Source: Guillardia theta nucleomorph
Taxonomy: Eukaryota; Protista; Cryptophyta
Assembly: GCA_000002975.1 (NCBI GenBank)
Contig: AJ010592.2
Location: 90,001-122,000, forward strand
Direction: 5' to 3'
Length of the DNA stretch: 32,000 nt
The notes below the pieces were generated by a model. It did no database searches, was not told where the DNA came from, and saw only the letters and a program-made list of their open reading frames with translations. The stretch's first letter is position 1; every line of letters begins with the position of its first letter. Made by a program: the position numbers and the translations under genes. Positions 8,166-16,031 of the stretch are shown here, piece by piece.

Positions 8166-8942
8166 TTATTTAAAATATGATTTTATTACGGATTCCATGT
8201 GTCCTAAACATTTATTTATTTTTGATAAAAGTATCAGAATACTATTTATTAAACGAAATGAATTTCTTGAGAAAAATTTAATTAACAAAAATTTTTTTAA
8301 AATTTTAAATATTTTTCTTATTTTTACCTTATCTGAACCATTATTCATACTTATGTCCCTAAATTTATTATTAATTTGCTTTATACTAGATTTCAAAACT
8401 CCTATGGTTTGATATTTTGTATTGACTTGGGAAAAATTCTTATGATAATTTCGCAAAACTATGTTTTCTGATTCTGTTAATCCTATTACACATTTAATTT
8501 TATTATTTAGACCTAAAATATTACTTTCATTTACATGAGAGTTAAATCCTTTAATATATAGTTTTTTTTTATCAACATTCAGACAAAATAATACATAAAT
8601 TGAACTTTTTATTAATTTATTTACGCTATTCACTAGATTAGAATCAATTTTATGATTATTTATTGAAAATAAATACCAACCAATAATTTTTTCTTTAGAG
8701 TTAATTCTTGATAGCATTAAAATCATTTTTTCAACAAAATTATAGTCCAAAAACCAGCTTGAAGAATAAATTTTTTCGGATGGAATATTAAAACCATTTA
8801 TACAACTATACATTGTTAATTTTTTTTTCCCCATAATTATTCCAATCTTATTTTTATTGTACAAATCGAAAGGTTTATTATCGATAATCTGACTTAAAAT
8901 GTTTATTATCAGTAAAGGATGAATAATAATTAAATCATTCAT
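8166..8942 (-). CDS. rpn8: 26S proteasome lid subunit Rpn8 (non-catalytic MPN domain)
   Basis: IIIHPLLIINI, WFLDYNFVEKM..M..RINSKEKIIGWY, I...ESENI. Confidence 0.9.
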   Translation of the reverse strand: MNDLIIIHPLLIINILSQIIDNKPFDLYNKNKIGIIMGKKKLTMYSCINGFNIPSEKIYSSSWFLDYNFVEKMILMLSRINSKEKIIGWYLFSINNHKIDSNLVNSVNKLIKSSIYVLFCLNVDKKKLYIKGFNSHVNESNILGLNNKIKCVIGLTESENIVLRNYHKNFSQVNTKYQTIGVLKSSIKQINNKFRDISMNNGSDKVKIRKIFKILKKFLLIKFFSRNSFRLINSILILLSKINKCLGHMESVIKSYFK

Positions 8943-8963
8943 TACAATATCACACTTGTCTTT

Positions 8964-9545
8964 ATGGACACTTTGATATCTATAATAGGAGAAAATTATG
9001 GAATATTAATATGTGATACAATCATTCCAAGATCAATCTATTTATTGAAAGACAACACTGAAAAAATTTATCAATTGGGAAACGATAAATTTTTACTTGT
9101 ATCAGGTATACCAGGAGATGTTAGTAAATTTTTAGAGTTCATACAAAAATCTATACAATTTTATGTTCTTAAAAATAATAGCAAACTTTCAAATCATTCA
9201 ATTGCAAATTTTATAAGATTTGAATTGTGGAAATCCCTTAGAAAAAATCCAATTAAAATTAACCTTATATTATTTGGAATAGATAAAATCTTTGGGACAT
9301 CACTCTATGCTTTGGATCATTATGGTAGTCTATTAAGATTAAATTATTGTGTGAAAGGAATGGGATCAAGTTTGATATATTCTTTTTTAGAAAAATCATT
9401 TAAGGATAATATATCTTCAACAAATTCAATAAAATTAATTATTAATTGTATAAAAATAATAAAGAAAAGATTTATACTAAACACAACTAAATTTTTCGTT
9501 AAAGTTATAAGTTTTAATGAAAATTTTAATTTTATTTTATATTAA
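8964..9545 (+). CDS. pre1: 20S proteasome beta-4 subunit (Pre1/PSMB2 type)
   Basis: MDTLISIIG start without propeptide, RSI..LKD, G..GD...F.EFIQ, ANFIR.EL..SLRKNP...NL, LY.LD.YG, KKRFILN. Confidence 0.9.
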   Translation: MDTLISIIGENYGILICDTIIPRSIYLLKDNTEKIYQLGNDKFLLVSGIPGDVSKFLEFIQKSIQFYVLKNNSKLSNHSIANFIRFELWKSLRKNPIKINLILFGIDKIFGTSLYALDHYGSLLRLNYCVKGMGSSLIYSFLEKSFKDNISSTNSIKLIINCIKIIKKRFILNTTKFFVKVISFNENFNFILY

Positions 9546-9559
9546 AATTGAACAAATTA

Positions 9560-10735
9560 CTATTGATAAATAATTTCAAAGTTTGATTCTTTTTTTTTTT
9601 TCATAATATAGTTTTTTGCTTCATTAAAATCATCTTGAATTAAATGAATTCTCCGTTTTCCTAATGCAATTAACGCAGCTTCAGTGCAAAATGCTTTTAT
9701 ATCAGCACCAGATACATAATCTTTAGAAGTTAGAAATGAAATTAAATTAACATCTTTACCAACATTCATTTTTTTTGTGTGAACCGTTAGTATTTTATTT
9801 ATTGTTCTATCATCAGGAAGTGAAAATTCGATTTTTCTATCTATTCTTCCAGGTCTTATTAAAGCAGGATCTAGGGTATCAATTCTATTTGTTGCCATAA
9901 TGATTTTAATATTTTGATTAGTAGTAAATCCATCAAGTTGATTTAAAAGTTCAAGCATTGTTCTTTGAACTTCTTTCTCTCCCTCACTGTGCGAATCAGT
10001 TCTAATTGTTCCTATTGCATCAATTTCATCCATAAAAATAATACAAGGAGACAGTTTATGAGCAGTTTTAAATAAATCTCTAACCAACCGGGGCCCTTCT
10101 CCAAGAAATTTTTGAACTAACTCAGAACCTGTTATTTTAATAAAATTTGCTTTAGTCTTTGATGCAATAGCTTTTGCCAATAAGGTTTTCCCTGTTCCTG
10201 GTTCACCATATAATATTACTCCTTTAGGAGGATCTATTCCTATGTTATAAAAGATTTCTGGTTTATTAAATGGGGTTTCTATTGCTTCTTTGATTTCTAA
10301 AATTTGTGTTTCAAGTCCACCGATGTCATTAAATGTTACTGTGGAATGTTTCTCTATCTTTCCTAAATTAATTAAGCTGTTTGAAATTTCATTAAAACCT
10401 CCAATAATTGATAGAGATTTATGATGAATTTGGACACTTTCTCCTATATAAAGCCTATCATAGTCAACAAAAGAGCAGACATCTACGTAGTATTCAGACC
10501 CGAGTGGAGTTGATATTATTGCCTTGTTATTATCTAATTTTTCTTCAAGCAGTGCTGTAGATATTGGTTCGCCTTTTATCTTAGAAATCAGAGATTTTAA
10601 GTAATTTTTATTATAGTTGTCCTGGTTTTTTATAAATCTTTGTATAATTATAAAGATATTCAATATTACTTCTAAGTCCAATATTACACTATATTTCCTA
10701 AAAAAATCTTGTAAAAAAATTGCCTGATCTATCAT
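9560..10735 (-). CDS. rpt2: 26S proteasome AAA-ATPase Rpt2 (PRS4/PSMC1), N-terminally shortened
   Basis: GSEYYV...SFVD, DIGGLETQI.EIKEAIE, PPKGVILYGEPGTGKT, GSELVQKFLGEGPRLVR, DEIDAIGT.R, ALIRPGRIDRKIEF. Confidence 0.95.
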   Translation of the reverse strand: MIDQAIFLQDFFRKYSVILDLEVILNIFIIIQRFIKNQDNYNKNYLKSLISKIKGEPISTALLEEKLDNNKAIISTPLGSEYYVDVCSFVDYDRLYIGESVQIHHKSLSIIGGFNEISNSLINLGKIEKHSTVTFNDIGGLETQILEIKEAIETPFNKPEIFYNIGIDPPKGVILYGEPGTGKTLLAKAIASKTKANFIKITGSELVQKFLGEGPRLVRDLFKTAHKLSPCIIFMDEIDAIGTIRTDSHSEGEKEVQRTMLELLNQLDGFTTNQNIKIIMATNRIDTLDPALIRPGRIDRKIEFSLPDDRTINKILTVHTKKMNVGKDVNLISFLTSKDYVSGADIKAFCTEAALIALGKRRIHLIQDDFNEAKNYIMKKKKESNFEIIYQ

Positions 10736-10753
10736 AAAATTATTCTGGTAGAC

Positions 10754-10817
10754 AGCTGTCAGAGAAATTTTATCAATTAATCAAAAGCAGAACCGGATTA
10801 AATTTTCATCATTAGCT
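10754..10817 (-). ncRNA. Box C/D snoRNA, U38/snR61-like, guiding 2'-O-methylation of LSU rRNA (equivalent of yeast 25S Am1133)
   Basis: Minus strand: AGCT-A-ATGATGA (C)-AAATTTAAT-CCGGTTCTGCTT-TTGA (D')-TTAA-TTGATAA (C')-AATTTCT-CTGA (D)-C-AGCT. Terminal AGCT/AGCT stem. Guide complementary to conserved LSU AAGCAGAAC(U/C)GG. Confidence 0.85.
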
Positions 10818-11717
10818 ATGAAAGTTGAAAAAATTTCAGATTTTGAAATTAAAATTAATTTCAATAATTTTCCTATTGTATATGCAAATAGTATTAGAAG
10901 AATAATGATGAACGAAATACCAACATTAGCAATAGACAAAGTCTATATTGAAAAAAACACTTCATCGTTTAAAGACGAATTTATTGCTCATAGGTTGGGA
11001 TTGATTCCGATTTTTTCAGAAAATGCAGATTTAATAAAGTATAGTAGAGAGTGTGATTGTGAAAATGAGTGTGAAAAGTGTTCAATTTTATTTACATTAG
11101 ATGTCCATGCAAATGAAACTGAAAAAACAATCACATCTTCCATGGTTAAATGCTCTACTGCTTGTTATCCGTTGAAAACTTTTTTTATAATAAATAATTC
11201 TGGTAATTCACGTAATTATGATGATTATGCTATTATAATTGCAAAACTAAATCCTGGACAAAATATTAAATTGAAAGCATATGTAAAAAAAGGAATAGGA
11301 AAAGAGCATTCAAAATGGAATCCAATATCTTCTATTAAATTTAGATTTTATCCTATTTATCAAGTTAATATTTTTGAGATGAAAAAAAATTTAAGACCTG
11401 ATATTCTAAATAAACTTGAAAATTTTATAAAGGATGGAATAAAAAATTCTGATCTTTGTTATAACGAAAAAAATTCAGATTATAAATGTATAAATTTAGA
11501 TAACGAAAGAAAAATTGAATTATTATCCATTTTTGAAAAAAACTATCTTAATTTGGAAGAATATATTTATATTTCAGAAAATGATGCCAATGTGGAATTT
11601 TTCATTGAAACCACGGGAGTTATTAATCCTTTAAACCTCATTAACAAAAGTTTAATATATTTAAAACAAAAATTAAACATTTTAGGTCTATACATTGAGG
11701 GAATTTCTAAAAAATGA
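10818..11717 (+). CDS. rpb3: RNA polymerase II subunit Rpb3
   Basis: ANSIRRIMM.EIPTLAID.V.I..NTS...DEFIAHRLGLIP, zinc loop CDCENECEKC, KKGIGKEHSKWNP. Confidence 0.95.
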   Translation: MKVEKISDFEIKINFNNFPIVYANSIRRIMMNEIPTLAIDKVYIEKNTSSFKDEFIAHRLGLIPIFSENADLIKYSRECDCENECEKCSILFTLDVHANETEKTITSSMVKCSTACYPLKTFFIINNSGNSRNYDDYAIIIAKLNPGQNIKLKAYVKKGIGKEHSKWNPISSIKFRFYPIYQVNIFEMKKNLRPDILNKLENFIKDGIKNSDLCYNEKNSDYKCINLDNERKIELLSIFEKNYLNLEEYIYISENDANVEFFIETTGVINPLNLINKSLIYLKQKLNILGLYIEGISKK

Positions 11718-12308
11718 AAAAAAAAATTTTTTTTCGTCATAATTAAGATGCAAGATAGACTTTAAATAATAACAGAGAATTATCCTTGAAATTTTAAATA
11801 TATAATCAAATTGAAAAATTTCAGAAAATAAATAAGAACTTAATCTTATATTATAAACTATATTAATCTTATTAAATCCATTAGTAAAAAAAGTTTTTTC
11901 TAATTGAAATTTTTTTTTAAAAAGAAAAAAAAAGAATTTATCTTGTATATTATTTGAAAAAAATTCTATAATCTTTTGAAATTTGCATCTATGAATTTTA
12001 TAATCTATTATGATTATTATAAAACGAATAGCTTTTTTTAAATGATAATTATGTAAAATTTTTATAATTTTATTAATAGAATAGAGACGATTTTTACAAA
12101 TTCTAATTCTGATAGAATTTCTTTTTGTAAAAATTATAAATCTATCAATCTCTAATTTAGACAAATGAATTGAATCTTTATTTATTTTTTTTAATCGATT
12201 CAACAAAAATTTAAAGTAAAATTCTGAAAAAATGTTATTTTCGAGTAAATATTTTTTTGTTGATTTTACACAACTAAATATTTTCATCGATTTCTTGTTT
12301 TTATTCAT
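11688..12308 (-). CDS. Hypothetical protein (206 aa); 3' end overlaps rpb3 by 30 nt
   Basis: Long ATG-initiated ORF in very AT-rich DNA filling the gap; no motif recognised. Confidence 0.55.
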   Translation of the reverse strand: MNKNKKSMKIFSCVKSTKKYLLENNIFSEFYFKFLLNRLKKINKDSIHLSKLEIDRFIIFTKRNSIRIRICKNRLYSINKIIKILHNYHLKKAIRFIIIIIDYKIHRCKFQKIIEFFSNNIQDKFFFFLFKKKFQLEKTFFTNGFNKINIVYNIRLSSYLFSEIFQFDYIFKISRIILCYYLKSILHLNYDEKKFFFSFFRNSLNV

Positions 12309-12382
12309 TTAATAAAAATTGAACTCAAGCTATTAATAAACTAGTTAAATATTTATATTCCTAGTTTAAAGTAATTATTAGA

Positions 12383-14200
12383 ATGAACGAAATTTTGAAT
12401 AAATTTGTCCGAATAGAATATTTTGGTAAAAAGTATTATTCAAATGAATCTAGTTTATTCCTTTACCAAGCAGTTTTTAAAGCTAAAATAAATCAATTAG
12501 TTTTAAATAACAATAATTTTAATTCAAAGCTCGTTTTTCTAAATTATAAAAAAATAAATTTGATTTGTAAAGATCAACATACTGACTTGAACGATTTATT
12601 AGATATTATTGATTCTAAACTAACTAAAAAATGTAGAAATATATTAAAACATTCCAAAGAAATTTTTTTAATGCAAAAAAAGAAAAAAGAATTTTATTTT
12701 GAAGAAGATCATAAATATTCAATAAAAAACTATATTAAATTTCCTAGAATGAAGATTAATGAAACCAACACTAAAAAAAATTACAAATTGAAAGTTAATT
12801 TAGTATTTAATACTAAAAACCTCAATTTTTTTAAAGATTTTAAAATATATTTTTTTACATATCATAAAAAAAATATTTTTTTAGCAAATAATAACTATGG
12901 TAATTTAAATTTGTTTAAAAAAAAAAACATATGGTTGTTTAATGAAAATAGCAAAATTCCGAAAATTTCTTTTAAACATTTGGAAAAATTTAATGCAATT
13001 ATTTTTAAAAGTTTTAAATTAAAGATCATAGTTTTTTTTGACATCTTTTCAAATTTTAGATTTTTAATATCCTGCTTTATTAGTTTAATCAACATAATAT
13101 TGTCTAAATTTAAGAGAATAATAATCAGAAAGAATATATGCTTAGATTTTAATTTTTCCAACTTAAGAAAATTCTTTAGAACATTTAAGCATTTTATTAA
13201 ATTAATTAAATTAATTGTTTTTAGTACTGATAGAAAAAATAATAAAACATCAAAAAAAATTATAAAAGACTACATAATCTTTTTAAAGTTTAAAAAGAAA
13301 AAATATATCACAAATAAATACCATCTAAAAAACATCTTTAATATTTTTACCAAAATAGATAATAACTGGAATAATTCGATAAAATTTATAAATAGAATGA
13401 TCTTATTTGAAAATTCAGAAAATAATCTTAAAAAGATTATGTCTTTTTGCTTTAGAACTGAATTAATTAAGGATCTAAAAGTATTATTTTTTTATGATTT
13501 TAAAGAAAGAATTTTGATGTTTTCAAAAGTAATTTTATCTAATGAAGAATTTGAAATTTCAACTGTAAACAAAAATTTTAATATATATGTTATAAAACTT
13601 ATTATGAAAGATTTGAAAAATATATTTGTAAATTTAAAAAAATATTCTTTATTATCATTAATAAATATTTATATAAAAATAAATAGGGAAAAAAGTACAA
13701 TTTCATTAAATGATTTAGTAATTTATTTCATTCATAAAATGATATCGTATGGTATTAACTTTTCTTTATTTTTAAAAACTCAAAATTTGAATATTTTATA
13801 TAATAAATATAAAGGATCATATTTTAAAAATCAAAACATAATAATTATTAATTTGGCATTAAACTTTAATATTTATTGTGAATTAAATAATTTTCTACAT
13901 TACAATAAAAATTTTTCTTTATATTTAATATGTAAAAAAAAATTGCAAAATACACTTTTTACCATTTTTTTAGATTATAATTTTAAGGACCAAAACTTTT
14001 TTGAAATTTCTCAATTCTGTTTAATCCAAGATTTTATCTGCGATTTCAATAGAGTTTTTGAAATTGCTGAAACTTATTCTGAAATTTATGATAGAAAAAT
14101 ATTGAACATGAAAGAATTTAATACTCGGATCATTGTATATACAATTCAATCAATAACTTTTTTTTCATTTTTTTTGAATTTTCTTCAAGAAATAATCTAA
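12383..14200 (+). CDS. Hypothetical protein (605 aa); 3' end overlaps rps8 by 36 nt
   Basis: 605 stop-free codons at this AT content implies coding; K/N/I/F-rich, no motif recognised. Confidence 0.7.
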   Translation: MNEILNKFVRIEYFGKKYYSNESSLFLYQAVFKAKINQLVLNNNNFNSKLVFLNYKKINLICKDQHTDLNDLLDIIDSKLTKKCRNILKHSKEIFLMQKKKKEFYFEEDHKYSIKNYIKFPRMKINETNTKKNYKLKVNLVFNTKNLNFFKDFKIYFFTYHKKNIFLANNNYGNLNLFKKKNIWLFNENSKIPKISFKHLEKFNAIIFKSFKLKIIVFFDIFSNFRFLISCFISLINIILSKFKRIIIRKNICLDFNFSNLRKFFRTFKHFIKLIKLIVFSTDRKNNKTSKKIIKDYIIFLKFKKKKYITNKYHLKNIFNIFTKIDNNWNNSIKFINRMILFENSENNLKKIMSFCFRTELIKDLKVLFFYDFKERILMFSKVILSNEEFEISTVNKNFNIYVIKLIMKDLKNIFVNLKKYSLLSLINIYIKINREKSTISLNDLVIYFIHKMISYGINFSLFLKTQNLNILYNKYKGSYFKNQNIIIINLALNFNIYCELNNFLHYNKNFSLYLICKKKLQNTLFTIFLDYNFKDQNFFEISQFCLIQDFICDFNRVFEIAETYSEIYDRKILNMKEFNTRIIVYTIQSITFFSFFLNFLQEII

Positions 14201-14701
14201 TTCTTGACCTTCTAAAATGTAACCATCAGCTCTACCACTCTGGCCTGGCCTTGAACATATTCTAGCTAAAATTTTACCGCTAAGTATTTGATCAATAAGG
14301 ATTTTATTTGATATAGTATCTTCGGCTATCTTAGGATTAGAATTGAGATTCCTTATTAATGTGTTGTAAATCAAAGTTTTTGCAATGTCCAAATACACTA
14401 TGGATCCTTTAGTTAGTGTATTTGTTCTAACCAATTCGTTACTAGATTCATTAAAGGCTACTGAAAGTATTTTAGCCTTGAAAGTTCTTTGGATTGAAAC
14501 AAATGAAAAATTTCCATACGACAAAAACAATGCCCTGGTTTTAACACCCCCACCTCTTACTCTAAGTTTAACAACACATCTTCTGCCAATTTTTGTATTA
14601 GAAGGTTGCCTTCCCTTGGCATGATTTCTTTTTTTGCGCCAACAACTTTTCAGCCCACCGGTACTCTTTCTTTTGTGCAATCCTTCTCTGTTGATGCCCA
14701 T
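14165..14701 (-). CDS. rps8: 40S ribosomal protein S8 (eS8)
   Basis: MGINR...HKR..TGG....RKKR...GRQPSNTKIG, SNELVRTNTLTK, SRPGQSGRADGYILEG.EL. Confidence 0.97.
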   Translation of the reverse strand: MGINREGLHKRKSTGGLKSCWRKKRNHAKGRQPSNTKIGRRCVVKLRVRGGGVKTRALFLSYGNFSFVSIQRTFKAKILSVAFNESSNELVRTNTLTKGSIVYLDIAKTLIYNTLIRNLNSNPKIAEDTISNKILIDQILSGKILARICSRPGQSGRADGYILEGQELDYFLKKIQKK

Positions 14702-14732
14702 GAACCTTCCTACTCCAAATGCACTGCTAACT

Positions 14733-14793
14733 AAATTAAGTACCTTTAGTGAAAATTTCTCGTATTAAGAATTAGTACACATTAAAGACAGTT
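14733..14793 (+). ncRNA. Candidate H/ACA-type small RNA (3' hairpin)
   Basis: H-like AAATTA (14733-38), 8-bp stem CTTTAGTG (14744-51)/CATTAAAG (14780-87), internal pocket, apical TTCT/AGAA stem, then ACA (14788-90) plus 3 nt. No rRNA target identified. Confidence 0.3.
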
Positions 14794-14802
14794 GTAAATA
14801 AA

Positions 14803-15222
14803 ATGTTGAAGTTTAAGCAATCGAGTCATCTTATAGAATTTTATGGAATTGAATGTGATCATTGTGTAGACATGGAACCACTAATGGAACAAATTGAAAG
14901 AGATACTGGGCTACCAATTCGTAGATACGAGGTTTGGTACAATGAAGAAAATCTAAGATTGCTTCAAAAACTTGACAAAGGCGGGTCTTGTGGTGGAGTT
15001 CCTTTTTTTTATAACAAAAAAACAAGGTCTTGGATATGTGGAGCTACAACCTATCCTAACCTCAAGGCGTGGGCAATTGGAAAACCTCATGAAAGATTTT
15101 TACCACCTCCTAAAGATGACTCTGAATATATTCAAGGGTTTAGAGGATGGTTTGATAAAATCAGAGAAGAAGGTATCAAACGAATGCAACAAAGAACTGA
15201 AATGAATAATTCTCAAAAATAA
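14803..15222 (+). CDS. Thioredoxin-fold protein with CDHC active site (ORF139; probable homologue of periplastid thioredoxin ATrx2/sORF139)
   Basis: IEFYGIECDHC (CxxC after a beta strand), YEVWYNEEN, CGGVPFF cis-Pro loop, ICGAT. No N-terminal extension. Much less AT-biased than neighbouring orphans. Confidence 0.85.
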   Translation: MLKFKQSSHLIEFYGIECDHCVDMEPLMEQIERDTGLPIRRYEVWYNEENLRLLQKLDKGGSCGGVPFFYNKKTRSWICGATTYPNLKAWAIGKPHERFLPPPKDDSEYIQGFRGWFDKIREEGIKRMQQRTEMNNSQK

Positions 15223-15235
15223 ATGTCATAAACTT

Positions 15236-15571
15236 TTAAAAATTTTGAAAAGTATATTCATAATTTAAATACCTTGATACATTCTTGGATTTTTTAATTT
15301 TATAATTCAACCTTATTAAGCAATTTTTAACAGCTGCTTTGATTTTAAAATTACTTTCAAATGAGACTTTAAACAAATAAGTAAAGCTTAAACGTTTTTT
15401 GAACAATGCATGATTTTGGTAAATTACTTTAATCCAATCATTAATTGTTAAATTTCTAAATATCTTGTAATAAAATAAAGCATTAATTAGATCTAGTAGA
15501 AGTAAATAATCGTAAATAGAATCCAATTCAGTTATCGTTAGAAAAAATTTTTTGGGTAGCGTTTTTTCCAT
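15236..15571 (-). CDS. Hypothetical protein (111 aa)
   Basis: ATG-initiated ORF filling the gap between ORF139 and ycf20. Confidence 0.55.
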   Translation of the reverse strand: MEKTLPKKFFLTITELDSIYDYLLLLDLINALFYYKIFRNLTINDWIKVIYQNHALFKKRLSFTYLFKVSFESNFKIKAAVKNCLIRLNYKIKKSKNVSRYLNYEYTFQNF

Positions 15572-15617
15572 AATTTGATATTTTTATATACTGATTTTAT
15601 TAATTTATTTAATACTT

Positions 15618-15995
15618 TTATCCTGTAAGTTTAAATGCATCGACAAAAATTCCAAGATTAATTCCTATTTTGAATATATTAATTTTATTAAAAATTTTTT
15701 TTTTACTAATGTTTTTATAGAATATTTTATTGAAAACTTCTATCCAACAGAGCATTACTGCTGCAGCCAAAGGATCCCAATCTGCCACACTTCCAATTAT
15801 TGTAATCGCACTAGTTGCTGAAAAAAATCCAAAAAGCAGAAAAAATGAACCATAGTATATATCTCTCTTTAAATTGTTATGAATGAAAAAATTATTTTTT
15901 TTTTTTCTTAATGAAAAATTTTTTATATAATTTATTTTTCTATCATTCTTTACAAAATTAAATATAAATGAATTGATCTTAATAAAATTTAACAT
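15618..15995 (-). CDS. ycf20: Ycf20 (DUF565) family protein, plastid-targeted
   Basis: LLFGFF.AT...TI.GSVADWDPLAAA and terminal N.FKIG...G.FVDAFKL.G; N/K/F-rich N-terminal extension. Confidence 0.92.
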   Translation of the reverse strand: MLNFIKINSFIFNFVKNDRKINYIKNFSLRKKKNNFFIHNNLKRDIYYGSFFLLFGFFSATSAITIIGSVADWDPLAAAVMLCWIEVFNKIFYKNISKKKIFNKINIFKIGINLGIFVDAFKLTG

Positions 15996-16031
15996 CTAAT
16001 GATTCTTTAAAATTTAACAATAAAATTAAAA

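Noticed and set aside
8197-8412. 71-aa plus-strand ORF
   Set aside because: Antisense shadow within rpn8.
12895-13161. 88-aa minus-strand ORF
   Set aside because: Antisense shadow within ORF605.
14740-14760. Minus-strand TTTTCACTAAAG resembling U5 snRNA loop 1 flank
   Set aside because: The invariant GCCUUUUAC loop is absent.
14385-15205. Short ORFs 14385-14624, 14831-15025 and 14972-15205
   Set aside because: Antisense or alternative-frame shadows of rps8 and the thioredoxin gene.
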